64,000 bases of DNA, from NCBI GenBank assembly GCA_035517655.1, contig DATIYJ010000060.1, positions 4,015-68,014 of the forward strand. The letters are read 5' to 3'. Made by a program: the position numbers and the translations under genes. Below the pieces are notes generated by a model, which ran no database searches, was not told the DNA's origin, and worked only from the letters and a program-made list of their open reading frames with translations. This document shows positions 29,136 to 38,172 of this stretch, piece after piece (within the stretch, counting starts at the first letter, position 1; every line of letters begins with the position of its first letter). Source of the DNA: Nitrospiria bacterium. GTDB taxonomy: Bacteria; Nitrospirota; Nitrospiria; JACQBZ01.

Positions 29136-29795
29136 TCAACCCGCCGCCCGTGCCTCTAATTTCACGATTTGTTCCATCACGGTTCGGCTAATCTGAAGAT
29201 AAAGTTCCTTCCCGGTGCCATTTTGGACTTGCTCCGTGAAATCCAGAGGTTTACCAATGAACACGGTCACCGGATGAATCCGAATCATCCAAGAGCCCAC
29301 CGGAAGAACCTTGTCGGTTCCGGTCACATAGACCGGAACCACTTTGGCCCCGCTTAGAGCCACGATCATTCCGATCCCCGGCATCGGTTTTTGGAGACGG
29401 CCGCTGACACTCCGGCCACCCTCCGGATACATCACCACGCAGTGGCCTTGCTTTAGCCGGCGGACGGCCTCCATCAGTCCGACCCGAGAGCGATGTCCCT
29501 TGCCGATCGGAAACCCGTTCAGTCTCCGATAAAGCCGCCCGACCCACCGGCCTCGAAACAGACTGGCCTTCCCCATAAAATGAAGCGGCCGGTCGATCAT
29601 GGCGCCGAGCAGCGGGATATCCAGATAGCTGACATGATTGGGAGCGAAAAGAACCGGCCCGGTTGGGGGGATGTGCTCGGCTCCAACCACACGCAGCCGG
29701 ACCAAGAACCGCCCGAGTATTTTCACCACGGCATGGGCGATCGCGTACAGCATATCAACGGGCAACCGGCCCCGAATCGACCGGAAGAACAGCAC
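29136..29795 (-). CDS. plsC: 1-acyl-sn-glycerol-3-phosphate acyltransferase
   Basis: HX4D motif (APNHVSYLDIP) and the YPEGGRS motif. Confidence 0.8.
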   Translation of the reverse strand: MLFFRSIRGRLPVDMLYAIAHAVVKILGRFLVRLRVVGAEHIPPTGPVLFAPNHVSYLDIPLLGAMIDRPLHFMGKASLFRGRWVGRLYRRLNGFPIGKGHRSRVGLMEAVRRLKQGHCVVMYPEGGRSVSGRLQKPMPGIGMIVALSGAKVVPVYVTGTDKVLPVGSWMIRIHPVTVFIGKPLDFTEQVQNGTGKELYLQISRTVMEQIVKLEARAAG

Positions 29796-29810
29796 CCAAG
29801 GACCGGTTGC

Positions 29811-30518
29811 TCACGGTTTCAGACCCGCCTTTTGTTGAATCGCTTCCAACATCGTTGAAACCACCTCTTCCAACGCCAAACCGGTCGAGTCGATCCGTAT
29901 CGCGTCTTCCGCCACTTTGAGCGGAGCAATCCCCCGATTGGAATCTTTCAGGTCCCGGGTATCGATCTCTTTCCGGGTCACGGTCAGATCGACCGGCAGA
30001 CCCTGTTGCTGGAGTTCCAGATACCGGCGCCCGACGCGAACGTCCGGAGAGGCATCCAGGAAGAATTTTACCGGCGCTTCCGGGAACACCACCGTTCCGA
30101 TATCGCGACCCTCCACCACGATGCCGCCCTGCCCGCCGACTTTTTCCCCCATCCGCCTCTGGATTCCCAACAACCGACGGCGGACCACCGCCGCCACGGC
30201 CACGGCCGCGGCCGCCCGGCTCACTTCAGGCGTCCGGATCTCGCCCGTGATGTCGCGGCCGTCCACGTAAACCTTCATCTCATCGTTGTCGGCCTTAACC
30301 GTTAATTTCAACCGCGAACATAACTTTTCGAGGGCTTCTTCATTTTGTACACTCACCCCCTCGTTCAATGCCTTCCACCCCACGGCGCGGTAGAGTGCCC
30401 CGGTATCCAGATAACGATAGCCTAATTTTTTGGCCAGCAGACGGGCCGCGCTGCTCTTCCCCGATCCGGCCGGACCGTCGATCGCGATGATCACTGAGGA
30501 GGTTGTTTGAACCGTCAT
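29811..30518 (-). CDS. cmk: Cytidylate kinase
   Basis: IIAIDGPAGSGKSSAARLLAKKLGYRYLDTGALYRA. Confidence 0.92.
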   Translation of the reverse strand: MTVQTTSSVIIAIDGPAGSGKSSAARLLAKKLGYRYLDTGALYRAVGWKALNEGVSVQNEEALEKLCSRLKLTVKADNDEMKVYVDGRDITGEIRTPEVSRAAAAVAVAAVVRRRLLGIQRRMGEKVGGQGGIVVEGRDIGTVVFPEAPVKFFLDASPDVRVGRRYLELQQQGLPVDLTVTRKEIDTRDLKDSNRGIAPLKVAEDAIRIDSTGLALEEVVSTMLEAIQQKAGLKP

Positions 30519-30528
30519 TCGAGCCCCG

Positions 30529-31824
30529 TTACTCCGTCACGGACTCCAGAAGCGCTTGGAAGCCCGGAAACGAGGTCTCGATCCATTCGGTTCCTTCCAC
30601 AACGGTCTCGCCCTCGGCGACCAGCCCGGCGATGGCCAGGGCCATCGCGATGCGGTGATCCCCGTAGCTTAAGCACCGGGTCCCCGAAAGTTTTCGCCCC
30701 CCGCGGATCATCAACCCATCGGGAAGTTCTTTCAAATCGACGCCCAGCTTGGACAACTCGCGAACGATGGTCCGGATCCGATCGGTTTCCTTCACACGAA
30801 GCTCTTCGGCCCCTCGAACAATAGTCTCACCCTCCGCGCACGCCGCGGCGACGCACAGGACCGGAAATTCATCGATGGTCTTCGGCACGCTCTCGGGCCG
30901 AATCGGGACACCCTTGAGCGGCCGCGACCGCACCGCCAGATCCGCAACCGGTTCACCGTTGACCTCACGGCGGTTTTCAAGACGGATATCGGCCCCCATC
31001 TCGGAGAGGAGATCCAGTAGACCTGTGCGCGTGGGATTGACCCCCACGTGGCGGATTATCAGCTCTGAATCCTTCACGATCGTAGCGGCCACGATAAAAA
31101 AAGCGGCCGACGAGAAATCCCCGGGAACATCGATTTCACGCCCGGGAAATTCAGACGGCGGCGTCAGCGACAGCTGCGCGCCTTTGATCTCGACGGGAAT
31201 GCCCAGAGCACGGAACATGCGCTCGGTATGGTCGCGGGAGGAAAGCGGTTCGGTCAAGAGAGTTCGACCTTCAGCCAGCAACCCGGCCAGAAGCAAAGCC
31301 GACTTGACCTGTGCGCTGGCCACCGGCAATGCATAGGCGATGCCTATCAGCCGCCGCCCGCGAACGGCCAGGGGCGCCAAATTTCCATTTTCGCGGCCGT
31401 TGATTTCGGCTCCCATTTGCCGAAGCGGATCGACCACCCGTCGCATGGGGCGACGCCGCAACGATTCATCCCCGGTCAAGACCGAAAAAAAATCCTGGCC
31501 GGCCAGGGCGCCGGTCAAAAGCCTCAAGCCTGTGCCGGAATTTCCCAAATCCAAGATGACGGAGGGCTCGGAGAGACCGCGAAGTCCTTTCCCTTCAATC
31601 CGCAATGCCACGCCGTCCGTTTTAATATCTTCAATCGAAATGCCCATCGAACGGAAGGCGGTTACGGTATTCAGACAGTCCTCGGAAGCCAGGTATCCGT
31701 CCACCACGGTGGTTCCACGCGCGAGCGAACCCAGGATAATCGCACGGTGAGTGATCGATTTATCTCCGGGCACTGTGACCGTTCCCCGAACCCGCCGACT
31801 TTTCCTGACCGCGATCGATTTCAT
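30529..31824 (-). CDS. aroA: 3-phosphoshikimate 1-carboxyvinyltransferase (EPSP synthase)
   Basis: VPGDKSITHRAIILGSLA and LGNSGTGLRLL motifs. I place the start at ATG 31824, preceded by SD GGAGGA. The track ORF extends 21 codons further upstream. Confidence 0.92.
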   Translation of the reverse strand: MKSIAVRKSRRVRGTVTVPGDKSITHRAIILGSLARGTTVVDGYLASEDCLNTVTAFRSMGISIEDIKTDGVALRIEGKGLRGLSEPSVILDLGNSGTGLRLLTGALAGQDFFSVLTGDESLRRRPMRRVVDPLRQMGAEINGRENGNLAPLAVRGRRLIGIAYALPVASAQVKSALLLAGLLAEGRTLLTEPLSSRDHTERMFRALGIPVEIKGAQLSLTPPSEFPGREIDVPGDFSSAAFFIVAATIVKDSELIIRHVGVNPTRTGLLDLLSEMGADIRLENRREVNGEPVADLAVRSRPLKGVPIRPESVPKTIDEFPVLCVAAACAEGETIVRGAEELRVKETDRIRTIVRELSKLGVDLKELPDGLMIRGGRKLSGTRCLSYGDHRIAMALAIAGLVAEGETVVEGTEWIETSFPGFQALLESVTE

Positions 31825-31825
31825 C

Positions 31826-32776
31826 TCAATTGAATTTCCTCCTTGCCGTTTTGGCGCGTTCAAATTCGCGACGAAGCCCTTCCGCATGCCCTTCGACCAA
31901 GAGTCGTTTGAAGCGGTCCAGGGTTTTCTCGTAGGCCTCGATGACGGCCAATAGGTTTTCCCGGTTGGCCATGCAGATGTCCCGCCACATTTCGGGGGAA
32001 CTGGACGCCACCCGGGTAAAATCCCGGAAGCCGCCCGCCGAGTAGGACAGCAGATCGCCGCTTTTGGATTGAAGCTCGAGGGCGGTATCGACCAGGGCGT
32101 ACGCGACCAAGTGCGGCAGATGGCTCACGACGGCCAGGATCCGATCGTGCGCCTCGGGTTCCATCGAGACGGTCTTGATTCCGATCGCTTCCCAGAACCG
32201 TTGAACCTTCTTGAAAGCTTCGGGAGACGTGCGGTCGGTCGGCGTCAGAATGCAGAGAGCGCCGGTGAAGAGATTGGCCGAAGCCGCTTCGATACCGGAT
32301 TTTTCACGGCCGGCAATCGGATGACCTCCGACAAAAAGCGACCGGAGCGATGGATCAGGAGAAAAATACTCCTCCAGATGCCGGACGAGGTAGCCTTTTA
32401 CACTGCCCACATCCGTGACGACGGTACCCTCCGAAAGACAGGGAGCCAACTCACGCGCCACCGCTTCCAATTGGCCCACCGGTGTGGCCAGGATTACCAG
32501 GTCCGCATTATGAACCGTTTTTTCAAGCTTTCGGAGATCCGTCTCGAAGCGATCGATCGCCTTCCGGGCCACCGCCCGTTTTAACTCGTCGGCGCGAGGT
32601 CCTACCCCGATAATCGTGTCCGCCAAGCGTTTCTTCCGTGCGGCCATTCCGACGGACCCGCCGATCAGACCGACCCCGATGATGACGATTTTCCGGAAGA
32701 GGCGTTCTTTGGAGATACGCGCAGGGGCACGGCGGACCGTGGCTTTACTAAACTTCGCGTCCGATCGCATCGGCAA
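31826..32776 (-). CDS. tyrA: Prephenate dehydrogenase
   Basis: Rossmann motif IVIIGVGLIGGS and …GGHPIAG…. Confidence 0.85.
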   Translation of the reverse strand: MPMRSDAKFSKATVRRAPARISKERLFRKIVIIGVGLIGGSVGMAARKKRLADTIIGVGPRADELKRAVARKAIDRFETDLRKLEKTVHNADLVILATPVGQLEAVARELAPCLSEGTVVTDVGSVKGYLVRHLEEYFSPDPSLRSLFVGGHPIAGREKSGIEAASANLFTGALCILTPTDRTSPEAFKKVQRFWEAIGIKTVSMEPEAHDRILAVVSHLPHLVAYALVDTALELQSKSGDLLSYSAGGFRDFTRVASSSPEMWRDICMANRENLLAVIEAYEKTLDRFKRLLVEGHAEGLRREFERAKTARRKFN

Positions 32777-33764
32777 TCTTTCGAATCTCGCCCATCATGG
32801 TCTTAAACTTGTTCGGCTTGATCGACTCCTCTCCGTCGCAGAGAGCCTCCTCCGGATTTTGATGCACCTCCACCATGATGCCATCCGCGCCGGCCGCCAC
32901 GGCCGCTCGCGCCAGAGGAACGACCAGTTCCCACCGGCCGGTCGCATGGCTGGGATCAACGATGATCGGAAGATGGCTTAAGCCCTTGATCACCGGCACG
33001 GCCGACAAATCAAGGGTATTGCGAGTGGCGGTTTCAAACGTTCGTATCCCCCGTTCGCAAAGGATCACCTTATGATTGCCCCGGGCCATGATGTACTCGG
33101 CCGACAGCAGGAACTCCTTGATCGTAGCCGACAGGCCGCGTTTCAACAGCACCGGCTTATCGTAGGCTCCCACCTCCGTCAACAGCCGGAAGTTCTGCAT
33201 GTTCCGCGCGCCGACCTGGAGAATGTCGGCATGTTCGGCCACCAGGGCCACGTCGCGAGGATCCACCACCTCGGTCACGATCGGAAGCCCGGTTCTTTTC
33301 TTGGCCTCCAAAAGAAACTCCAGGCCCTTCTCTTCCAGTCCCTGAAAGCTGTAGGGCGAGGTGCGCGGCTTAAAGGCACCGCCGCGAAGGATGGTCGCTC
33401 CGGCCTCCTTCACCGCCTGCGCGATGTGGACCAGCAAGTCCTGCTTCTCAACGGCGCAGGGACCGGCCATGACATGAATCTTTTTACCGCCGATCTTGAC
33501 GCCCTTGGCGACCTCCACGAGGGAATCTGTTTTTTTAAATTCGCGGCTGACCAGTTTATAGGGGGAAAGGATCGGCATCACCTTTTCGACGCCCGGAAAA
33601 ACGGACAGGGGCTGATTCTCCAGCTGGCGCTCATCTCCGATCGCCCCGATGATCACGCGTTCCTCGCCACGGGAGACGTGGGGCTTGAGGCCGTACTCTT
33701 TCAGTTTATCGATGATATGGTTGATCTCTTTCTCAGTCGCGTCCGGTTTCAAGACAATAATCAT
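32748..33764 (-). CDS. aroF: 3-deoxy-7-phosphoheptulonate (DAHP) synthase, type I-beta with an N-terminal ferredoxin-like regulatory domain; operon copy
   Basis: MIIVLKPDATEKEINHIIDKLKEYG (regulatory domain), then the catalytic barrel with GPCAVE…[17 protein letters not shown]…VDPSH. Confidence 0.9.
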   Translation of the reverse strand: MIIVLKPDATEKEINHIIDKLKEYGLKPHVSRGEERVIIGAIGDERQLENQPLSVFPGVEKVMPILSPYKLVSREFKKTDSLVEVAKGVKIGGKKIHVMAGPCAVEKQDLLVHIAQAVKEAGATILRGGAFKPRTSPYSFQGLEEKGLEFLLEAKKRTGLPIVTEVVDPRDVALVAEHADILQVGARNMQNFRLLTEVGAYDKPVLLKRGLSATIKEFLLSAEYIMARGNHKVILCERGIRTFETATRNTLDLSAVPVIKGLSHLPIIVDPSHATGRWELVVPLARAAVAAGADGIMVEVHQNPEEALCDGEESIKPNKFKTMMGEIRKIADAIGREV

Positions 33765-34927
33765 ACGGCATCCTTTCCTTTTTTATTTTTTAAAACTTCA
33801 GCCAGCGCCTTCACAAATCGGCGGTTTTCGGCCGGCCGGCCGATCGAAATCCGCAACCACGACCCCTGAATATGGCGGACGATCACCCCTTTTTTAAGAA
33901 GCCGCGCGTACACGGCCACGCCGTTCCGGCCGGTATCGACATAGACAAAGTTGGCCTGGCTCGGCAAAAATCTGAGGTCGAGGGCCTTGAACGATTCGGA
34001 CAGATAACGCCGCCCTTCCCGGTTAACCCGAAGGCTTCGAGCCACATGGGCCTCGTCCGTTAAAGCCGCCAGGGCCGCGGCCTGGGCCAGGCTGTTGGTG
34101 TTGAACGGAAGCCGGACCCGATTCATGGATTCGATCACCTCCGGCGTGGACAGTCCGTACCCGATCCGGAGACCGGCCAGGCCGTACATCTTGGAAAAGG
34201 TCCGGAGAACCAGGACCGGCGCGCCCCGTCTCACGTCCTCGACCGTGTTGGGAAATTCCGGATCGTCGGCATATTCGGCATAGGCCTCATCCATCACGAC
34301 AAGCGCATTCGGGGAAAGGTGCTTTAACAAACCGTCCAACTCCCGCCGTGTGATCATGGTCCCGGTCGGGTTGTTCGGGTTGCAGATAAAGACCAAGCGA
34401 GTTAGGGGCGTCAAACGGGCCGCCATCGCCTCCAGATCAAACCGGCCGTCGCGGAGCGGAACACGGACACTGATCCCGTGATGGGCCGTCACGCTGATGC
34501 GATAGATCGCAAACGTTTGATCCCCCAGAATCGCCTCATCGCCCGGCTCCAAAAACGTCTTGGCGGCGAGATCCATGATTTCGTCCGAACCGTTTCCGAG
34601 GATCACCTGCTCCGCTTTGAGTTTATGCTTTTGTCCGATCGCCTCGCGCAACCGGCGGCCGCTTCCTTCGGGATAACGGTGAAGATCGAGCGATCCTTTC
34701 TTTAAAGCAGCCAAGGCCTTCTTTGACGGGCCGAGCGGGTTTTCGTTTGAAGCCAGCTTGATTGCGTCCTTGATTCCGAGTTCGCGCTCCAGTTCTTCCA
34801 GCGGTTTGCCCGGTTTGTAAGGCTCGATGGATTCAATATGTCGGCCGATGGATATCGTCATGTTTCCTGAAATCAGAGATTTTTTATCGGGTGTACGACC
34901 GTGCGCTCCTACTTTGAATCTATTCAT
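33761..34927 (-). CDS. hisC: Histidinol-phosphate/aromatic aminotransferase
   Basis: IEPYKPGKP…LASNENPLGP…RTFSKMYGLAGLRIGY. The start is either ATG 34927 or ATG 34861. Confidence 0.85.
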   Translation of the reverse strand: MNRFKVGAHGRTPDKKSLISGNMTISIGRHIESIEPYKPGKPLEELERELGIKDAIKLASNENPLGPSKKALAALKKGSLDLHRYPEGSGRRLREAIGQKHKLKAEQVILGNGSDEIMDLAAKTFLEPGDEAILGDQTFAIYRISVTAHHGISVRVPLRDGRFDLEAMAARLTPLTRLVFICNPNNPTGTMITRRELDGLLKHLSPNALVVMDEAYAEYADDPEFPNTVEDVRRGAPVLVLRTFSKMYGLAGLRIGYGLSTPEVIESMNRVRLPFNTNSLAQAAALAALTDEAHVARSLRVNREGRRYLSESFKALDLRFLPSQANFVYVDTGRNGVAVYARLLKKGVIVRHIQGSWLRISIGRPAENRRFVKALAEVLKNKKGKDAV

Positions 34928-36026
34928 TCCCCTTTCCTTTTTCTTTGGCCGCCGGATAAGATCCCAGCACCTTCAAGAAAAGACATTGCTCGTTAAGCTG
35001 GTCCAGCGCGCGTCTCACCCGGTCATCATCCTGATGCCCTTCGAGATCCACAAAGAAGATATATTCCCATGCCTTTTTTCTGGACGGCCGGGACTCGATC
35101 TTGGTCAGATTAATCCCGTGCTGCGAAAAAGGCTGCAACATATCGTGCAGTGCGCCGACCCGGTCTCGGATCGTGAACATGATCGAGGTCTTGTCTCGGC
35201 CGGTCCGGCCGAGACCCTTGGACGAGACGACCAGGAAACGCGTGAAGTTATGGATGTTGTCCTCGACCCGCCGCTGGATGATCTGAAGACCGTACAACTG
35301 GGCCGCCAACTCCGAGGCGATCGCCGCGGCGGAGGCATCTTCAGTGCAGAGCTCCGCCGCCCGGGCCGTGCTGTAAACCTCCGTCGTCGGGATATGGGGC
35401 AGATGGTTTTCCAACCAGACCCGGCATTGAGCGAACGGCTGCGGATGGGAACAGATATGTTTCACGTCCTCCATCTTGCCGCTCTTGTTCATCAGGTGGA
35501 GGGACACCTCCTGCATCACCTCGCCGACGATTTTCAACGGAGAATCGACAAACATATCCAACGTGTGATTGACAACCCCTTCCGTTGAGTTTTCGATAGG
35601 GACAACGCCATAATCGGCCCTCCCCCGTTCCACCTCGCTGAAGACGTCCTTGATGCTGTTCACCGGAAGATACGAGGCTGAGAAACCGAACTGACGCTGA
35701 CTCGCAAGATGAGTGAAGGTCGCCTTCGGGCCGAGGTAGGCCACTTTGAGCGGGCCTTCCAGGGAGAGCGAGGCCGAGATGATCTCGCGATAGACGGCGC
35801 GCAGCGCCTCCTTCGGAAACGGACCCTTATTCAAATTTGAAAGCCGTTCGTAAATTTCCATTTCGCGGGCCGGTGCGTGCAAATCGGAAAGGCTGGCCTT
35901 TTTCAGCTTGCCGATCTGCATCACAATCTTGGCGCGCCTGTTCAGGAGGGCGAGGATTTGCTCGTCCAGTTTGTCGATTAACCGCCGCAGTTGTGCGATG
36001 TTTTTATTATCTTTAGCACCGGCCAT
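34920..36026 (-). CDS. pheA: Bifunctional chorismate mutase / prephenate dehydratase (P-protein)
   Basis: N-terminal chorismate mutase domain (LRRLIDKLDEQILALLNRRAKI), a prephenate dehydratase domain (VAYLGPKATFTH) and a C-terminal ACT domain (ESRPSRKKAWEYIFFVDLEGH). Confidence 0.9.
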   Translation of the reverse strand: MAGAKDNKNIAQLRRLIDKLDEQILALLNRRAKIVMQIGKLKKASLSDLHAPAREMEIYERLSNLNKGPFPKEALRAVYREIISASLSLEGPLKVAYLGPKATFTHLASQRQFGFSASYLPVNSIKDVFSEVERGRADYGVVPIENSTEGVVNHTLDMFVDSPLKIVGEVMQEVSLHLMNKSGKMEDVKHICSHPQPFAQCRVWLENHLPHIPTTEVYSTARAAELCTEDASAAAIASELAAQLYGLQIIQRRVEDNIHNFTRFLVVSSKGLGRTGRDKTSIMFTIRDRVGALHDMLQPFSQHGINLTKIESRPSRKKAWEYIFFVDLEGHQDDDRVRRALDQLNEQCLFLKVLGSYPAAKEKGKGNE

Positions 36027-36058
36027 AACGATTTTACCTTTAGAATTAAAGGTCTACC

Positions 36059-36087
36059 ATCCTATACGATTTCGGTGTCTTTTGCAA
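36059..36087 (-). promoter_or_regulatory. pheA operon promoter candidate (TTGCAA-17-TAGGAT)
   Basis: The rc of 36082-36087 is TTGCAA and the rc of 36059-36064 is TAGGAT, about 30 nt upstream of the pheA ATG. Confidence 0.35.
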
Positions 36088-36184
36088 GCGGTTTATGGTT
36101 TCCGATTCCTGATTTTCCATAAAATGTCTGTTGAGAAAGGGATCTTGCTTGGTGGGGGTAAGCGATGGGTGGATGCCGAAGAAA

Positions 36185-36400
36185 TCAATCCGGATTTTTA
36201 AGGGAGAAATTCAGATGGGAAACCAAGAAATCCTCAAAACCAGGGGTGGGATTCTGCCGGACCCAGACGTAGATCTCGGGCGTTCCCATGCAGAAACCCA
36301 TCTTGAAATATCCGGGGATATCGACCACGGGGTAATTCGGAATGGCGTTAACGACTTTTCCTAATTTCTGGAAGTAACCAACCATCTCACGAGTCACCAT
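36185..36400 (-). CDS. Possible small hypothetical protein (71 aa); real status uncertain
   Basis: An ATG at 36400 gives MVTREMVGYFQKLGKVVNAIPNYPVVDIPGYFKMGFCMGTPEIYVWVRQNPTPGFEDFLV…. The codon pattern is plausible, but there is no strong SD and I recognise no family. The longer track ORF (to 36601) overlaps the V4R gene and looks non-coding. Confidence 0.25.
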   Translation of the reverse strand: MVTREMVGYFQKLGKVVNAIPNYPVVDIPGYFKMGFCMGTPEIYVWVRQNPTPGFEDFLVSHLNFSLKNPD

Positions 36401-36464
36401 CGCGTTTTTTAATGTGACGACTATTACCTTTGGAGCCTTGTGGCAGTCCTTACGGATTTCCAGG

Positions 36465-36503
36465 GCCGCCGTCTCGAGCCTCAACGAACTCGAGAGCGGC
36501 GGC
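36465..36503 (-). other. GC-rich 14-bp hairpin just after the V4R gene stop
   Basis: GCCGCCGTCTCGAG-(10 nt)-CTCGAGAGCGGCGGC, with one bulged C. No U-tract follows it on the transcribed (minus) strand. Confidence 0.5.
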
Positions 36504-36530
36504 GTGGAGATTTCGAGATGATCGGTCTCG

Positions 36531-37775
36531 TTACCTTCTCTGGGCAACGATCTCACAGAAGGGATCTCCTTTTCCGCGGCACTTGACCTCCTTGGCCACA
36601 AAGGTATGGCTGTTCCGGAAGAGCTTTTTATAATAATCTTCGCTCAATTCGGGTTTGACCGTGATGTCTCCTGTGTAAAGAAGGTTGGCCAACCCGGCCG
36701 TCGCCCCTGTGGCCAGATAGCAGATCCCATGGTCGCTTTTGGGGTATTTCATGCCCAGATAACCGTTCGACTCGTACGAGTTGAATACCCGCGCGACCAA
36801 GCGCTCGTTTGGGATTAGCTCGGCTATCCTCCACACCCCCCATCCCAGAGCGTTCATGACCGCGAAAATGCCGTGCATCCAATCTTCCCGAGATTTAAGC
36901 GAGGGATAAATGAGTTGATACCACTCGGGAGACTTCATGATCCCACCAAGCGTGTTGAAGGCACAAACATGTCCCGCCTCCACCAGAAGAGAACCGACTA
37001 CCGAGTTGATATCGCCTCCCCGCACCTTTTGGGTCCGCATTTCGAATTCGTTCGAGATCCGGTTATAATAATTGGCGAAGTGTCGCGTAAGGTAGACGCC
37101 GAACGCGGGAATGTATCCCTCTTCGTTTCCGACCAATTCCATGCCGGAAACCGCCGTGATGATCCCTTCTTCATCAACCTGATTGGTCAATATCCGGGGG
37201 CTCACCTTGGAATTGCAATTGCCCTGCCCGACCGACTTTTGAATCACCCGGGCCTTGGCCTCGGTCGTCAATTCGAACTGGCAGGCCTTCGCCCCTTGCG
37301 CGATACATTCCTTTTCAACGCACCGGTATGTCCCCAAAGGCTTGTCAAACGCGGCCGCGGCCGCGGCCTCGATAAACCCGCTGTTGAAGTAACATGCGGG
37401 AGCTTCTTGTCGGCCCCATTTACTCAAGAAACCAAAACCATAATGGGAGAAGGGGGCGCTGACCTTTCCGCCTTTTTCGGTGATTCGATTCAACTCCAAA
37501 ACCCCGAAGCCCAGCACATGGAATATTTCGGCAAATTCCGAAAGCCTCTGACTTGCGGGTTCTCCTTTTTTGGCCATATGCTGAAGCTGGCTATACACCA
37601 CTTCCGCGGCCGCGTCGATTAGAACCTGCTTCATCTGTACATCCGCCGGATCCAAAAGGGTCCTCTGCAAAAAACAATTGTAGTGATGACAGTGAAACAC
37701 AAGCGGTTCCCCGCCGAGCACCGCCTGATTGATTTCTCGGCGAAAGACGATGGGTTGTATTGTAAGCGTTTTCAT
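36531..37775 (-). CDS. Stand-alone tandem V4R (4-vinyl-reductase-type, hydrocarbon/small-molecule-binding) domain protein
   Basis: 414 aa. Each half ends in the Cys-x-Cys pattern I associate with V4R domains: …VEKECIAQGAKACQFELT (~aa 155-172) and …AKEVKCRGKGDPFCEIVAQRR (C-terminus). No HTH, AAA+ or enzymatic domain is apparent. Confidence 0.65.
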   Translation of the reverse strand: MKTLTIQPIVFRREINQAVLGGEPLVFHCHHYNCFLQRTLLDPADVQMKQVLIDAAAEVVYSQLQHMAKKGEPASQRLSEFAEIFHVLGFGVLELNRITEKGGKVSAPFSHYGFGFLSKWGRQEAPACYFNSGFIEAAAAAAFDKPLGTYRCVEKECIAQGAKACQFELTTEAKARVIQKSVGQGNCNSKVSPRILTNQVDEEGIITAVSGMELVGNEEGYIPAFGVYLTRHFANYYNRISNEFEMRTQKVRGGDINSVVGSLLVEAGHVCAFNTLGGIMKSPEWYQLIYPSLKSREDWMHGIFAVMNALGWGVWRIAELIPNERLVARVFNSYESNGYLGMKYPKSDHGICYLATGATAGLANLLYTGDITVKPELSEDYYKKLFRNSHTFVAKEVKCRGKGDPFCEIVAQRR

Positions 37776-38020
37776 TTGCTATCCCCCTCCCCGGATGGAT
37801 TCTGGATCGGACTTTTTAGTCCCGTCATCTCTTCGATTATCGACTTTACTTCATTAAATATTTTCGGGTCGGTGACGTTTTTCTCGAGGAGAGCAGGAAG
37901 AGTGTATCCCGTCTTGAGAATGATCCGGGCCCCCGCGAGTTTTTTCAGAGAACTGTCGGCCTGTTCGTTAAACCAGCCGATCAGCTTTGCAATGCTCGTT
38001 GTCTCTATGGTCTGTGTCAT
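37772..38020 (-). CDS. Small hypothetical protein (82 aa), translationally coupled to the V4R protein
   Basis: ATG 38020 is preceded by a perfect SD (AGGAGGgaccATG). Its stop overlaps the V4R ATG (ATGA at 37772-37775). I recognise no family. Confidence 0.6.
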   Translation of the reverse strand: MTQTIETTSIAKLIGWFNEQADSSLKKLAGARIILKTGYTLPALLEKNVTDPKIFNEVKSIIEEMTGLKSPIQNPSGEGDSK

Positions 38021-38058
38021 GGTCCCTCCTGAAGATAATGACGGAAGCATCATTTAGA

Positions 38059-38086
38059 AGTGTATCCGAGGATGCCTACTTGTCAA
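38059..38086 (-). promoter_or_regulatory. Promoter candidate for the V4R cluster (TTGACA-16-TACACT)
   Basis: The rc of 38081-38086 is TTGACA and the rc of 38059-38064 is TACACT. It is back-to-back with the AKR promoter. Confidence 0.35.
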
Positions 38087-38113
38087 GGCGGAGGACCGAC
38101 TGGTTCTTCACCC

Positions 38114-38143
38114 TTGACATTCTTTCCTAAATAGGCGTAGGTT
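38114..38143 (+). promoter_or_regulatory. Aldo/keto reductase promoter candidate (TTGACA-18-TAGGTT)
   Basis: The hexamers are at 38114-38119 and 38138-38143. SD AAGGA lies 10 nt upstream of ATG 38173. Confidence 0.4.
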
Positions 38144-38172
38144 TTAAGGAAATCACCAAGGATGCTCTTGCC

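Noticed and set aside
36401-36601. N-terminal part of the 138-aa ORF 36185-36601, which overlaps the V4R gene by 71 nt.
   Set aside because: The sequence is low-complexity ([39 protein letters not shown]…). It is read across a strong hairpin and the V4R stop region. Only the distal 71 codons are kept, and those at low confidence.
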